The position numbers and the translations under genes were made by a program. Below are positions 1 through 12,092 of a stretch of 64,000 nt of DNA, one piece after another (position 1 is the stretch's first letter; the number at the start of each line of letters is the position of its first letter). The DNA is from Mayamaea pseudoterrestris (Eukaryota): positions 620,001 through 684,000 of the forward strand of contig BROI01000016.1 in assembly GCA_027923505.1 (NCBI GenBank). The letters are read 5' to 3'. The notes below the pieces were generated by a model that worked only from the letters and a program-made list of their open reading frames with translations, was not told the DNA's origin and ran no database searches.

Positions 1-994
1 CCAGTCGTGGGGTGTGCCCCTGATTCCAGTAGTACAATCGCACTTGCCACACCTTGTCATTTTCGTGCCCCGCAGGAGGTATACCATGATCGTACATGGA
101 ATCCGCCTCCTCCTTGGTCAAAAAGTACGCCTGCTCCAAATCCTGTTCCGTCAAGACGCACGGGGTGCTTGGCATGAAGAAGCACTGCGTGTCGCGCCGC
201 GCACGCTTGCCATCGTCGCACGAGACTTGCGCCCAGGGAACTTGGAGAAACTCCTCACTTCCCACCGGCGAATCGTTCACCCAAATCACAATCCGATCGG
301 CAATGAGAGCATGCAAGTATCCATTGATCATGCCCAGTCGAACGTTGGCGCCAAGTCCAATGGGCGACGATAATCCAATGGCAATGTACTTGGCGTTGGA
401 ACACTCGTAGTCATATGGTCCAACTGTTGACGCTGGTGGATAGCAATCGATTCCCTTGGACGCTTGCTCCTGCCGATGCTTTGCTTCGCGTCGAGCGTGC
501 CGAGTTTGATGGTAATGCATGCTCCAGTAGACGAGTCGCATGGTCCATTGCTTGATTATGGCTGCATCCGTAATTGCGTCCATCGATTGCAGCTCTTGCT
601 GATCAGTGAATTGCCGAAAGCGCGATCCATCCGCGCAAATGGATTGGTCCAATAAGTCTTGCAGAAAGTAGTCATGCCCAAAGCTGTCCAAACGTTGCGA
701 CAATGGTGGAAGAATGTCCAAATCCAGCAGCGAGGAATCATTCACGTTTCCCATTCGCGCGCCCTGCAACCACTCGGGCGAATTGACTGAAAAGCAAGCG
801 TTGAAGCTATTCTGATGTTGATGCAGCTGTTCATTGGCAGTCGTCGATTGCTGCGCCAGCGGCTCGTCCGCCGCTGAAAGCAAATGCTCTTTCGTCGACT
901 TGCTCAGAAAAAAGGTGAAATTGAAAACGACGCTCAACAAGACAAAGAGGAGAAACCATTGGCGAATCGATCGAGCGCCAATTGGCAATGCCAT
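1..994 (-). CDS. GT23/FUT8-like alpha-1,6-fucosyltransferase-family type II membrane protein, paralog 1 (3' part runs off the window start)
   Basis: Manual translation from ATG at 994 gives MALPIGARSIRQWFLLFVLLSVVFNFTFFLS.... The reading stays colinear with the 2704..4308 ORF (LLDQSICAD, RLVYWSMHYHQTRHAR, YDYECSNAKYIAIGL, RDTQCFF). Absent from the ORF track because it has no stop inside the window. Confidence 0.75.
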   Translation of the reverse strand, partial: MALPIGARSIRQWFLLFVLLSVVFNFTFFLSKSTKEHLLSAADEPLAQQSTTANEQLHQHQNSFNACFSVNSPEWLQGARMGNVNDSSLLDLDILPPLSQRLDSFGHDYFLQDLLDQSICADGSRFRQFTDQQELQSMDAITDAAIIKQWTMRLVYWSMHYHQTRHARREAKHRQEQASKGIDCYPPASTVGPYDYECSNAKYIAIGLSSPIGLGANVRLGMINGYLHALIADRIVIWVNDSPVGSEEFLQVPWAQVSCDDGKRARRDTQCFFMPSTPCVLTEQDLEQAYFLTKEEADSMYDHGIPPAGHENDKVWQVRLYYWNQGHTPRL

Positions 995-2128
995 ACGTGT
1001 TAGACTATTGAGTGTGAACTGAAACAATCTCTATGTCTGCATGTGCTTTCGTGCTTGTCAGTGAGAAAAGTCATTTTCACTTTGGAAAAGAAAAACGGCG
1101 TTGGGCCGATTTTTGGAATGGCAGCAACCGCGCCGGCGCGCGTAAAAGTGTCGTAGCGTTACCACGATCAATACCGCTAAGACTATTCGTTCTGTCGACC
1201 ATCAACAACGACTCGTCCAATAGTCACATGCTGCTTCATTCCTTTCTGCTAATATTTCAATGAGCCAAGCATCAACGCGACTACGAGTAGCTGGAGTAAC
1301 TGGTATTGATATCATTCGAAGCGACGGTCATCGAGTGACTGCTTGAGAAAGAGTCGGAACGACGAGACTGGCCGATACAAAGGTGGGCGACAATCGTTGT
1401 CTTACCAAGATGGCTGTGGCTGTGAAAGGCGTCGCGATAAGGCCAGGCATCCAGAGCATGCCAGATGATGGCATTGACGCCTTTGACTTGACGAATGAGG
1501 AGTTTTACGATTTGGTTTATGGGTGCCGCGGTAGGGCTGCCCACACGCCAATGCGCAGAACGTTCCGTCATGGGTCATGGATGTTCGCAAGCAGCACGAG
1601 CCAGCAGCTGGCATCTTAATATTACAAAATTCCTTCATTGGCGTAGTTGGAAATCAGAGGAGTATTATTGACGCAAGTTCACATTATTTAAGGTAAATGG
1701 TTTGTCGGATGGATTCGCCGCGCAAGTAGGGCGTGTTATACTTGTCGTGACATGCGGCTAGTCAAGTGCAGGCATTAAGTTGCGAAGCTGATCCGCGCAC
1801 TTGACGCGTCGGGTTAGTGAACAAACACTCCCTTAACCATGTCAACGCTTTTGAGGTCATTAATGGCAGATTTCGCTAATCGTACCAATCGAGTACTGCT
1901 TTCTCCTGCCCCAAGGTGCGAGCTATAAGGTGGAGCGGCAGGCCAAACGCGAGACGCGATAGCGATTGATTTACTCGTCGTTGCTGGCTTGGGACCTAGT
2001 ACGTCCTTCGTGTAATTTCTTGCGAATATAGATATTTGATACTATGAACTTTGATTAAATTTATTGCTTGCAGAAAATTGTAGCATCAGCAATAGTGTAT
2101 TGCTGCATTGCTCACTCGTATAAATTGA

Positions 2129-4188
2129 TTACAAACTCGCCGATGAGTTTGAGTTTGCGTTCCACTTTTTTATTGCCGCACGCTTGTCATTTGCACAGGA
2201 ATCCAACCACTCGCAACACATCCACAGATTGGGATCCTCCAGCTCCAAAAAACATTGGAAATCATTCACCGGCGCAGCTCCACACCCAGCACTGAGCAAG
2301 TCTCCCAACAAAATGTGAAAGTTGGAGCAGCAATTGGCAAGGGTCACGCGAGCCAATAGCTGAAACTGGAGCGTTGTAATGGCGGACAAGAGGCTGTCAT
2401 CACGACTAATATTTGAAGACACCTGTGTGCTCAAGCCAGAGTCAGGCGTCACATCGTGAATGTTGGATGCAATGCGAAAGGTAAAATTGGGATGACTGTC
2501 GGAAAAGTTGCGCTGCTCGCGAACCATGGCGGTTGACTCCGTTGTAAAGAGAAGGGACGGAGTAATGCTTGATGGCCTTTGTTGAAATTGGGAGAATTTG
2601 TCCCAGACGAGATGCGTTGCCTGTATATGCTCTTGGAAAGACAGACATTCGCTTTCGCCTTCGCACTTGTCAGAAGCTGAACGTGCATGAGAAAGCATTG
2701 CAATTAGTTAGCGCTCACTTTGCAAACACGTTGCGCACCCGCATAACAAAACTTACCTCGCACTGGCAAGCCCATGGAGAACTGTGGGTCAATGGCATTC
2801 GTCGCCTTGAGACTATTCAGTAGCTCCTTCATTTGCCTGGCCTTGTCGCGTCTTGGCCGCATGGCGTACACCACCAGCGCGTGATGCGCCTTGACGTGCG
2901 CCGCCGGATAGTCGTGTCCGACGCGCCACGGATCGGGTGTCAAAATATTGTCGGCCGCCTGATACAAGAGTTTTTGGAAGTGAGGATTCACGTCGGGCGA
3001 CGAAAAGTGCTCTTGAATCAACGTGTAGGAGTGGTTGCGCAAACGCTGCGCTGCCAGTGCCGGAGTGTGGCCCTGCGGCCTGTGAAAAAGCTTGATGTGC
3101 CACACCTTGTCATGTTCGTGTCCAGCGGGATGAATGCCACTGTCATACAACTGGTCAATCTCTCGATCCGTCAAATTGTAGGCTTGATCCACGTCATTGA
3201 CCGTCAAGACGCAGGGCGTTCCTGGCTGGAAAAAGCACTGCGTGTCGCGTCGAGTGCGCGTCGTATTATCGTGACTGTTGTTGTTGTCGCAAGACACCAA
3301 GGCCCAGGGTACCTGCAAGTACTCTTGACTGCCAACGGGTGAATCATTGACCCACACCACAATGCGATCGGCAATCAACGCATGCAAGTAGCCATTGACC
3401 ATGCCCAAGCGCAGTTGCGCACCAAGTCCCACCGGCGAATACAAACCAATCACAATGTACTTGGCATCTGGACATTCGTAGTCGTATGGTCCAACGGATG
3501 AAGCATGGCAGTCAATATTCCTGGCCAGTTGCTTCTGGCGGTGCCTGGCTTCCGCCCGCGCATGTCTCGTCTGATGGTAGTGCATGCTCCAGTAGACGAG
3601 CCGTATCGTCCACTGCTTGAGAAGCGCCGCGTCAAATGTAGCGGCATCATCCTTCGCGGCAAAAAGCTCTTGCCCGTCTTTAAGATTTCGAAATCGCGAT
3701 TCATCCGCGCAAATGGATTGATCCAACAAGTTTTGCAAATAGTGACTGCCTGCTGTGAAACTGTTCCTCGAATGCTGCTGCTTTCGCAAGTGTGACGGTA
3801 ACGGCGACGGAAGAATGTCCATGTCAAAAAGTGAAAGGTCGCGCAGATTCCCCAGACGCTCGCCGAGCAGCCATTCCGGCGAGTTGATCGCAAAGCAAGC
3901 ATTGTAGCTATCATGCTGCTGCAAGGTGGTCTCCCGTTGGTATGTCGCGTAGAATGTATAATGATCCTTGGTAATTATGCGGACGCTGAGGAAAAAGGAA
4001 AAGTGAAAAACGATGCTAAAGAGGACAAAGACGAGCAGCCATCGTCGCGTTGACCGAATGGGTACGACTGGTAGTGTAGTAAGAGCCATGCTTAATGATG
4101 TTGCTGTACTTGTGGTTGCTGGTGATCTTGTCATTCGACGAGAAGGAGCCGATTCGTTTGAGTTGCTGGCAGGTAGTCGTACATCCAT
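2129..4188 (-). CDS. GT23/FUT8-like fucosyltransferase-family protein, paralog 2 (2 exons; intron 2677-2756)
   Basis: N-terminal TM anchor. C..AKYIV...VGLGAQL..GYLHALIADR resembles the FUT8 N-terminal motif. Splicing GTAAGT(2756)..CAG(2677) joins the ORFs to give MGLPVRASDKC, matching the GT23 VHVRRTDK motif. C-terminal NCCSNF is in the place of the TFSS motif. Start could be ATG 4188 or 4089. Confidence 0.7.
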
Positions 4189-4509
4189 TTTTGCTTTCGT
4201 CACGTTGTCTGACAGACGATACCTCGACGAGGAACAGCAGTTGGAGTCGACAATAATGTCTGCGCGCACCAGTGGGCTTACTCTTGTCAGTGGAGGGCTG
4301 TTCCACAACCGCGCCGGCGCGGCAGCAGATTTCGTCCGTGTTCAACATGTGATACACTCTGTCATAATGAGTGGTATTGGATATGAATAGTGTACACTAA
4401 TTGGTATAGTAGAATTCAAACCATTACTGCTGCGACATGCGTTTCGCTCGACCATGACCATCAACGAAACAAATTCGCCCTGCGCTGCTCCCATGAATAA
4501 CGATATAGA

Positions 4510-6042
4510 ATGAGTCAAGCATCAGATCACGACAAGCATGGATCATCCAAAGTATCGCTATCAATTAATTTGAAAAAGTCCAAGAGAAAACAACCTTTAA
4601 ATTTGACAAGTAACGACGACGGAATCGCAGAAGTGTTTGGAGCGAGTCGTCAGCCGTCGGCGGAGGAACAACGTTTGCAGCATCAGCAATCGACTCGCAA
4701 CAATGAGACGCCCCTCGTCATTCCAGTCGCCGCCAACAAGTTTTCCATTCAAGATAGTCTTGCCAAATCTGCAAATGCGCAGCATGACAATGGCGACAAT
4801 GACTATCCGGACGCTCCATCGTTTGCGTCGGAATCGTTTGCGCGCGTTCCAATCAGTCAGTTTGGCGCCGCCATGCTGCGCGGCATGGGATGGAAGCCGC
4901 ATGACAATAGCAAGAGTAATAGTAGTAGTCAGGATGACGACGCGAATGCATTGCCTCGCCCGCATCGCCTCGGCCTTGGCGCCATTCCCAAGCTACCCGA
5001 CGATGTTAGCTGTAGTAGTTTTTACGCACCAACGCACAGTAAGAAGCCTCGCCGACCCGATCAGGTGCAACAGGATGCGGCCAAGCAGGCTCAACTGCGC
5101 GAGTTTCAGTTGGAACGAGAACGTCTCCAGGCGCGAGACAAGCAAGTGACGCTGCAGAATGGAAGCGTCGTGTATGTGTCGCTGAATGATAATGATGACG
5201 GTAATGACGCGGTATTGAACATGCAGAAATCCAAGCAGACATCACCACGCCGCGCCATCATGACGAAACTAGTGGGCGTGCCAGGCTTGAATCGCGTGCA
5301 GGTGCAGTGTGAAGGCAGCCGCGAGTGCGTCATACTGCAACGACGCCAAGTGCTTGGTTTGGTGAGTCGCAGTGAGCTGGAAAAAGCGCCGTTTTTAGAG
5401 CCGCCGCCACGAGCAACAACGGTGCAAACGGCAATGGATGGTACGATCAAGCGAGAGTTGCTTGATGATGAGAGACAACGTGATGGTCGGCGGCGAGACG
5501 AAGAGACGAATCGAAGCAAAGGTCAAAACAATCTGCCGATACGCCAAGACGACCAGCGACACATACGACGGAATGATCACGACAAGAATCGTCCAGCAAA
5601 GCGTATCAAGTCTGATTTGGCGAAGAGCGGCCTACATGAGCAGCATCAACAAAAACAGCAGCATACATCCTGGATCATTCCCCACATTCGCGTGCGCGTC
5701 ACGACGGAAAAGCTCGGCCGCATTCACTATCGACAAAAGGGAACCGTCATTGACGTGACACCCAAGGGAGCGACTGTTCGCATGGACGCGGGCCAGCAGC
5801 AGTCGTTGATTCTCGATCATGTAATTGAAAAACACTTGGAAACGGCACTGCCAAAGGTGGGCGGCAAGGTTGTGATTGTCGCAAAAAGCCACGCCCACTA
5901 CCTGGCCAAGGGAACGTTAATGGAGCGCGACGCGCGCAACAGTTGCGGCATGATTCAGCTGCACCAAGACTTGGCGGTGCTGACACTGAGTTTGGACGAC
6001 CTTGCCGAGTGGTGCGGACCGCTGGATGATGATGACGAGTGA
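4510..6042 (+). CDS. GPKOW: G-patch and KOW domain splicing factor (Spp2/MOS2/GPKOW family)
   Basis: RVPISQFGAAMLRGMGWK...RPHRLGLGA G-patch; C-terminal KIN17-like KOW region (WIIPHIRVRV...HLETALPKVGG). Confidence 0.88.
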   Translation: MSQASDHDKHGSSKVSLSINLKKSKRKQPLNLTSNDDGIAEVFGASRQPSAEEQRLQHQQSTRNNETPLVIPVAANKFSIQDSLAKSANAQHDNGDNDYPDAPSFASESFARVPISQFGAAMLRGMGWKPHDNSKSNSSSQDDDANALPRPHRLGLGAIPKLPDDVSCSSFYAPTHSKKPRRPDQVQQDAAKQAQLREFQLERERLQARDKQVTLQNGSVVYVSLNDNDDGNDAVLNMQKSKQTSPRRAIMTKLVGVPGLNRVQVQCEGSRECVILQRRQVLGLVSRSELEKAPFLEPPPRATTVQTAMDGTIKRELLDDERQRDGRRRDEETNRSKGQNNLPIRQDDQRHIRRNDHDKNRPAKRIKSDLAKSGLHEQHQQKQQHTSWIIPHIRVRVTTEKLGRIHYRQKGTVIDVTPKGATVRMDAGQQQSLILDHVIEKHLETALPKVGGKVVIVAKSHAHYLAKGTLMERDARNSCGMIQLHQDLAVLTLSLDDLAEWCGPLDDDDE

Positions 6043-6816
6043 AGAGTAACGACGAATTGAATTAGATAGTTGTTGTTAAATGTATTTATATGTATTTTAC
6101 GAAAGACTGATTTTTGTATTAATAATATATATTCGTCAAGACGCAAGCCTGCGGAACCTTTTCAGCATGTGACACAGTATTACAAGAGCAACGTGTGCCG
6201 CGCGAGAGAGCTGGCATCGTAACTTCCTTGAATGGTGACACTCTCATCGACATTGTCAAAATAAGGACTATGTTGCAACTGCATTAAAACATGGTCGTGG
6301 CAGTACTTGCGGCTTGGAACGCCGCAGCGAATCGAAAGGGATGGAGTGGCAGATGCAATTAGGAGCAAGAGCGAGAGTAGAAGGAATGGCGAGGAGAAGA
6401 AGGCACGGCCGTTGTTGCCTCTGGACAAGGACATGATGATAGTGCTTGCTGTTGCTAGGGATCGACTTGTATGACAGTGCTCGTTTGTTTGCTTGTTTGC
6501 TTGTTTGCTTGCTCCTTGCTTTGGCTTGACCATCAATATCCGAGTGTCAGCTGCATCTCACTCTTTCGAAAGCACGAGAAATGGTTTGGCGCGCGATCCT
6601 TTGACTTTTCACTAATAAGCAGTATTGCCCTTACGTGTGACACGACTGCATTGACAGTTCTTAATAGTATCACACCGTGACTCAAGGCCACGTCATGATG
6701 TGGAAGGAACCAGCATCGTCATCACCCCCACCATGGCCGCCAGTAACGAAGCATCGAGTTGTTCAATCATCCACGGCTTTCAATCAAATCGCCAAGCAAT
6801 CGCAAGAGTCTTCTTG

Positions 6817-8604
6817 ATGCTTTTGTTGCAAAGCATCAGGATCGATTCTTTCATCAGTGCCATCATTCTACTCGTTTGCGTTATCCAAGGCGTACGGGCC
6901 TTTTCGAAACGCTCAGCAGCATCCGTCGCCTCATCCTCTTTGCTAAAAACAAGATATTATTTCGCAAGAACAAGCCTCCAAATGTCTTTCGCAGCAGCAT
7001 CAAGTTCGCCTGTGATTACAAATCCCGAACGCGTCCAGCATGTCGACAAGCAGTACCTTCCAAGCAACATGAAGGCGGAACGCACCAAAATTCTCGTCGA
7101 AAGCGTTCCCCAGCAGCAACAAGAAGCTTGCGTGTGCTATTGGATGCAGCGCGACGTTCGTGTCCAAGACAATTGGGCTCTTTGTTTGGCGGCGCATTTG
7201 GCGAGTCAGCGAAATCTGCCGCTCAAGGTCTTGTATGCGCTCACGCCTCCGCCCCCTTTAGCAGCATCGAATAGTACTACTACTCCACCACTCGTCCATT
7301 TGCCATGGACCAAGCGACACGCCGATTTTGCGCTGGGAGGACTGGAGTGCGTGCACCGCAAGCTTGCAAAACATAACGTTCCCCTTCACGTCGTCATGGC
7401 ACCGTCGCAAAACACGGTGGGCGCAACCGTCTTTCAACAATGCTGTCATGCAGCCTCCGTCGTCGTTTGCGACTTTACTCCGATTCGCCAGTACCGCGAG
7501 TGGTTGGAGCTGCAACTGGCGCCACTATTGAAAGCACAAGGAATTCCACTGTGGCAGGTGGACGCGCACAACATTGTTCCAGTATGGACGGCGGCGCCGT
7601 CGCGGCAAGTGGGAGCGCGCACGCTAAGACCAAAGATTCACAATGTTTACAAGCAATACATGGCGGACTTTCCAGTGGAACTCAAGGAGCAACTAGCGCC
7701 ATGTCAAGCGTCCATCAAGGAGCTGCCAGCGTTTGAGCGAGCCCAATATGAAAAGTACCTGCAACTGGATGAATCCGTCGCGCCAGTGGCATGGGCCGTG
7801 CCTGGCACCAAGGCAGCCGGCGTGCAGCTGCAAACGTTCATTGACAAGGGTTTGCCGCAGTTTGACAAACTGCGCAACGATCCCACGCTGCCAAACGTTT
7901 GCAGCAACTTGTCGCCATGGATCAATCACGGACAAGTTTCCTTTCAGCGCGTCGCTCACGTGATACAAACGCTCAACAAGCATGGCAACGGCACTGCCAG
8001 TTTCATCGAGGAAGGCGTCGTGCGCCGCGAACTGTCGGACAATTTCCTGTACTACACGCCCCACCACTACGACTCGCTGTGCGGCGCCGCCGAATGGGCG
8101 CAAACGAGTCTGCGCGAGCATGCCAGCGACACGCGCAATCCTTGCTACACGCTTTACCAACTCGAGCACGCGCACACCTACGACGACTTGTGGAACGCGG
8201 CGCAGCTGCAACTGACGCGGGAGGGGCGCATGCATGGGTTCTTGCGCATGTACTGGGCCAAGAAAATACTAGAGTGGACGGCGGATGGGCCGGCCGTGGC
8301 GCTGCAGTATGCGCAGCATTTAAACGACAAGTATGCGCTCGACGGACGCGATCCGAATGGGTTTGTTGGTGTGGGGTGGAGCATTATGGGTATTCATGAC
8401 ATGGGATGGAAGGAGCGACCCATTTTTGGAAAGATTCGGTACATGAACTATGCTGGATGCAAGCGCAAGTTCAAAGTGGCGGCCTTTGTGGCCAAGTACA
8501 AGGGCGCGGCGGAGAATGCGGCCAAGGCGGGAGGAACTGTTGCAGCAACAGGTCCGCCGGCGAAGAAGCAAAAGACGTTGGATATGTTTAAAACACAAAA
8601 GTAA
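6817..8604 (+). CDS. PHR: Class II CPD DNA photolyase
   Basis: YWMQRDVRVQDNWAL, QVDAHNIVPVW, SNLSPWINHGQ, MHGFLRMYWAKKILEW, ALDGRDPNG and ERPIFGKIRYMN are class II photolyase motifs. Start uncertain (ATG 6733, 6817 or 6982). Confidence 0.95.
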   Translation: MLLLQSIRIDSFISAIILLVCVIQGVRAFSKRSAASVASSSLLKTRYYFARTSLQMSFAAASSSPVITNPERVQHVDKQYLPSNMKAERTKILVESVPQQQQEACVCYWMQRDVRVQDNWALCLAAHLASQRNLPLKVLYALTPPPPLAASNSTTTPPLVHLPWTKRHADFALGGLECVHRKLAKHNVPLHVVMAPSQNTVGATVFQQCCHAASVVVCDFTPIRQYREWLELQLAPLLKAQGIPLWQVDAHNIVPVWTAAPSRQVGARTLRPKIHNVYKQYMADFPVELKEQLAPCQASIKELPAFERAQYEKYLQLDESVAPVAWAVPGTKAAGVQLQTFIDKGLPQFDKLRNDPTLPNVCSNLSPWINHGQVSFQRVAHVIQTLNKHGNGTASFIEEGVVRRELSDNFLYYTPHHYDSLCGAAEWAQTSLREHASDTRNPCYTLYQLEHAHTYDDLWNAAQLQLTREGRMHGFLRMYWAKKILEWTADGPAVALQYAQHLNDKYALDGRDPNGFVGVGWSIMGIHDMGWKERPIFGKIRYMNYAGCKRKFKVAAFVAKYKGAAENAAKAGGTVAATGPPAKKQKTLDMFKTQK

Positions 8605-9113
8605 ATATAATTTAGTGACTCTAACGATAGGATCTTTGCGGCTCGCAACATGGACGCAAGGAAGGCACTGAGTTGTGGTTCATGTCGACTTTCAACCATG
8701 GCCGTCATTCGATCACCTCGCAATCAGCTAGGAGGACCGCATCATCGGGCTCGAGCAGCATGTGCATAGTAGTAGACATACTGCATATATAGTTGTGTAA
8801 TACTCGCTGCAACATTATCTTTGCTTTGTCAACGCACGAACACGAAACGGTTCATCGGGCTCACAAATGATGAATTTATGGCCACGTCAAAGGGTCATTT
8901 TCGTTAGGGCAATACATGAAAATATCAAAATGTCAGGCTTTGCACGATTACCTCACAGACGTACGTATCACTTGCGCCGCCTCCGAACTGACACAGACTT
9001 TTGACGACCATCAAGATCAATTTGATCAAACAGTGCGCTCACCTCATATCTTCCATGAAGCTGAAGCATCAATTAAACAAACGCGCGACAGTGTAACAAC
9101 AAGAGTCTCAGCC

Positions 9114-9353
9114 ATGACATTCGGAGGAGTCAACCCCTTCTCCACCGCGCCGCGAAACGCGCATGCAGCTCCGACCATGCCCAGCCGCAAGAAAACCATT
9201 GACATTGCAACAGCTGACTCCGCTCCGAAACCACCTTTGCGTCGAGTGACCCAAGAAACCGCTCCAAGAATGGACCTGCCACGGATGGATCATCTGGTTG
9301 GACAGCTCACGACGAACGAGCCGCAAATGCCGAACAAACGATTGCAGCTCTAG
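9114..9353 (+). CDS. Small disordered protein with PxxPxRxxS/T motifs
   Basis: ATG in GCCATG context; APTMPSRKKT, APKPPLRRVT, PQMPNKR motifs shared with the ORFs at 14.3 and 15.5 kb. Confidence 0.45.
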   Translation: MTFGGVNPFSTAPRNAHAAPTMPSRKKTIDIATADSAPKPPLRRVTQETAPRMDLPRMDHLVGQLTTNEPQMPNKRLQL

Positions 9354-10524
9354 CTTCTTGCTGCGCTACTGAGCTATGAGCATGCACAATATTCTACCGC
9401 CTGGTCCGGTGGTTCGGCCACTGGGTACTACCAGCAGCCGCAGACCTACCATTCTTTGATGTATCCATTGCGCTCCTGGGTCTGGGAGCTTTTGCTGGTG
9501 TCTACCTTCAAGCTTGACAAGGTTAAACGCGACTATCATATATTATTTTCGCTTACTAAAGGCAATGGGCTACATTGTTACATCGTTTGTGTGTTGGCTT
9601 CCAACTCTGTCATCCACATTCCAAATGGTGTCAAGTTTGTAGACGGCTTTTGCAATATCGCACACTTTCCAGGAAGTCCATGCATCGTCGTCAGCTAGGG
9701 TAGGTATAATATGTGCCAGCGCGGACGTCGTATTGCATTGTGCGGAGGTTCATCGATGCCACAATACCTAGGATGATATAACATAGCTGGCGCCATGGCA
9801 GGCAAGCTCATCTTGCTGTGCGTCTAGAGCTTATCCGATGAGAGATTCCCGGAACTCATGCATGTAATTTACTGTCTGATTACTTCAGCAAGACTCTTAT
9901 CATACTCAAGCACTTGTTGCTACCTTCCATCCCACCCACTTGCCACGCCTGCTGCAAGCAACGCGTTAGATGAACCTATTAGATAGCCACCTTATTTTCC
10001 GTAACATAGCTCTCTCACTCCCGCATCCAAGAGACAAGACTTCCTTCCCTTCGCCAAGAGAGAGCACAAGGTTTAGTCGTGCAGCTCAAAGCTCATATAG
10101 GTTCGAGCTCTTTGCTGGATCAAAGTCCACATAGCTTGGGACCAATGGGAGCAGATGGAAGCGTAGGTCATCACGAGGTCACGTCCTCGATTGGGCGTTC
10201 CTCACTGACGTATTTATGTCATCCTCGTCATGATCGGAAATGCTCAACCGTCATTCTTATGCGTAACGCACCTACGTTAAGTAAATAACGTCACCGTTAC
10301 TGCTTTCTGACCGTCATTTCTTACACATGATTCAACACTTATCATGAAAACACAAGCTCCGAGCAAATGGGAGAGCTTGGAGCACGAATCTTGCGCCACG
10401 ACACGTTCCACGACGATTCGCGTACGGTTATTTACTGCCGCGACGGCGCGGCGCTCATCTTGCTTTCGAATTTTCGCTCGTCACAATCGAACGCTATTTT
10501 GATTCACCTTTGACACAAGCCAGC

Positions 10525-11061
10525 ATGAGGGTCCATTCAACAACAACATCCGCCAATACAAGCATGACCAGCGCGTTTATACCTATCAGCAATGAGCATG
10601 TACTCTCTTGTATAAGAGAGAGTACTGTTATCAGCGAAATGTGGAGCAGCGTTAGTCCAACGTCATCATCGCGCTCGACCTCGCCTTCGTGCGAACCGAA
10701 ATCTTTCAACTGTCCTACCACTCCAAGACCTCAATACTTTCCCTCCAATGTTTCTCCAGCCAAGACTAGCAACACTGAATGGATGGACATTGAACCTAGC
10801 GTCGTCATGCCTCGCAAAGTCTCCTGGTGCTCCATGGACGACCATGACGAGAATGGCGACTGCAGCAGCATGATGATGCAGCAAGCTAACGACGACGACG
10901 ATGAAACGTCTTGGTACCAAACCATGAACCAAGTCGAAGCCTGTCCAATCCTCCCAAACGATTTGGAGACTCCTTCGATGCGCAAGCCGTTGCTCATGCG
11001 CCGATCTCAGAGACCAGTTGACTTTGGCAGCTGCGATGACAGCTTGTTCATGTGCTTGTAA
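10525..11061 (+). CDS. Hypothetical Ser/Pro/Asp-rich disordered protein
   Basis: ~178-codon ORF with protein-like low complexity (VVMPRKVS, LLMRRSQRP) in an otherwise intergenic region. Confidence 0.5.
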   Translation: MRVHSTTTSANTSMTSAFIPISNEHVLSCIRESTVISEMWSSVSPTSSSRSTSPSCEPKSFNCPTTPRPQYFPSNVSPAKTSNTEWMDIEPSVVMPRKVSWCSMDDHDENGDCSSMMMQQANDDDDETSWYQTMNQVEACPILPNDLETPSMRKPLLMRRSQRPVDFGSCDDSLFMCL

Positions 11062-12092
11062 CGTCGCCGTAACGCTTTTCGTTGAACCAGCACTATGGCT
11101 CATTTTGATAATAAGCGGCAGCAAGAGGGGAAGGAGAAACGGTCCTTACGTTATATGCAAGCGACTCTTCTTGGGAGCGAGGCAAAAAGCTCGCGCAGTT
11201 ACATTCATTCTCGATTCACGTCTACATGCACTCGGATTCGTTTCATCATGTTCACAGTGCACCAACACAATCACAAAAACATTCATATCTGTTGTTGTTC
11301 CAGTATATCTGTATCATTCATTATAATGTTAACATTACGAGTAACGAATTATTAAAGTTAAAAACATGAAGCTAAACAGTTGCGACGAGCCGAGCGATGA
11401 TACTCGGTGAAACTATAGAGGCACGACTCGAGCAACGCCACTTCCCTTATTTCAGCTCTCCTATCACGCGCTCTTGCTACTCCGTTGAAAAAGCTCGGCC
11501 AGTAGTTCGTAAAGCATGCGAGAGTATCATGTTGCAACGAGGCGGCGATTAGTGTGCCTTCCAAGCGCGTTCCAAAAAGCCACTCACAGTCTGTCGCTGT
11601 TGCAAGGATAGAAAGCGTCAGCTGAGCATTGTATGGCAGCAAACAAGACTTTGGATTGCTACTGTATTGGCTCTTTTCGTCGTCTCGCAACAAGATAAAA
11701 ACAAGCGTCTTGGCATAGCAGAGCGTTTAGCTAGCTCGCTTTAAATCTGAAAGCAGAATGCCTGCGTCAAGTGGACCGAAGCCTTCTGCTTCTCGCTTTC
11801 CACCAATCCTGTCAAGCCTTCCATTGTGATCCATTCGTCATTGAAGTTCTACAGTTCGTGATATAGTAAAAAATGTATGCATGATGGCATCTTGAATTAC
11901 GTGACTTTGGCAAGACTCCGTATGATAGCTAACCGTACCTTGCCTATAGCGAGCGATGCGCTTGTATTAGTGCAAGACCTGGCAAAATCATTATGATCAC
12001 TTCTTGCAACATGTAAGAGATACTACCCGTTTAAACTTATAGTTCCATTGATGAAATTTCGATGAGTGTACGTATCGCCTACTCTTTCTCAT

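Noticed and set aside
6180..6536. Short minus-strand ORF with a signal-peptide-like stretch
   Set aside because: No family recognised and partly built on a GTTT/GCTT microsatellite; not enough support to call a gene.
9450..10070. Possible decayed gene or transposon remnant (similar impression at 1280-1700 and 11360-11850)
   Set aside because: Coding-like composition, but interrupted frames and no identifiable motif without a database search.
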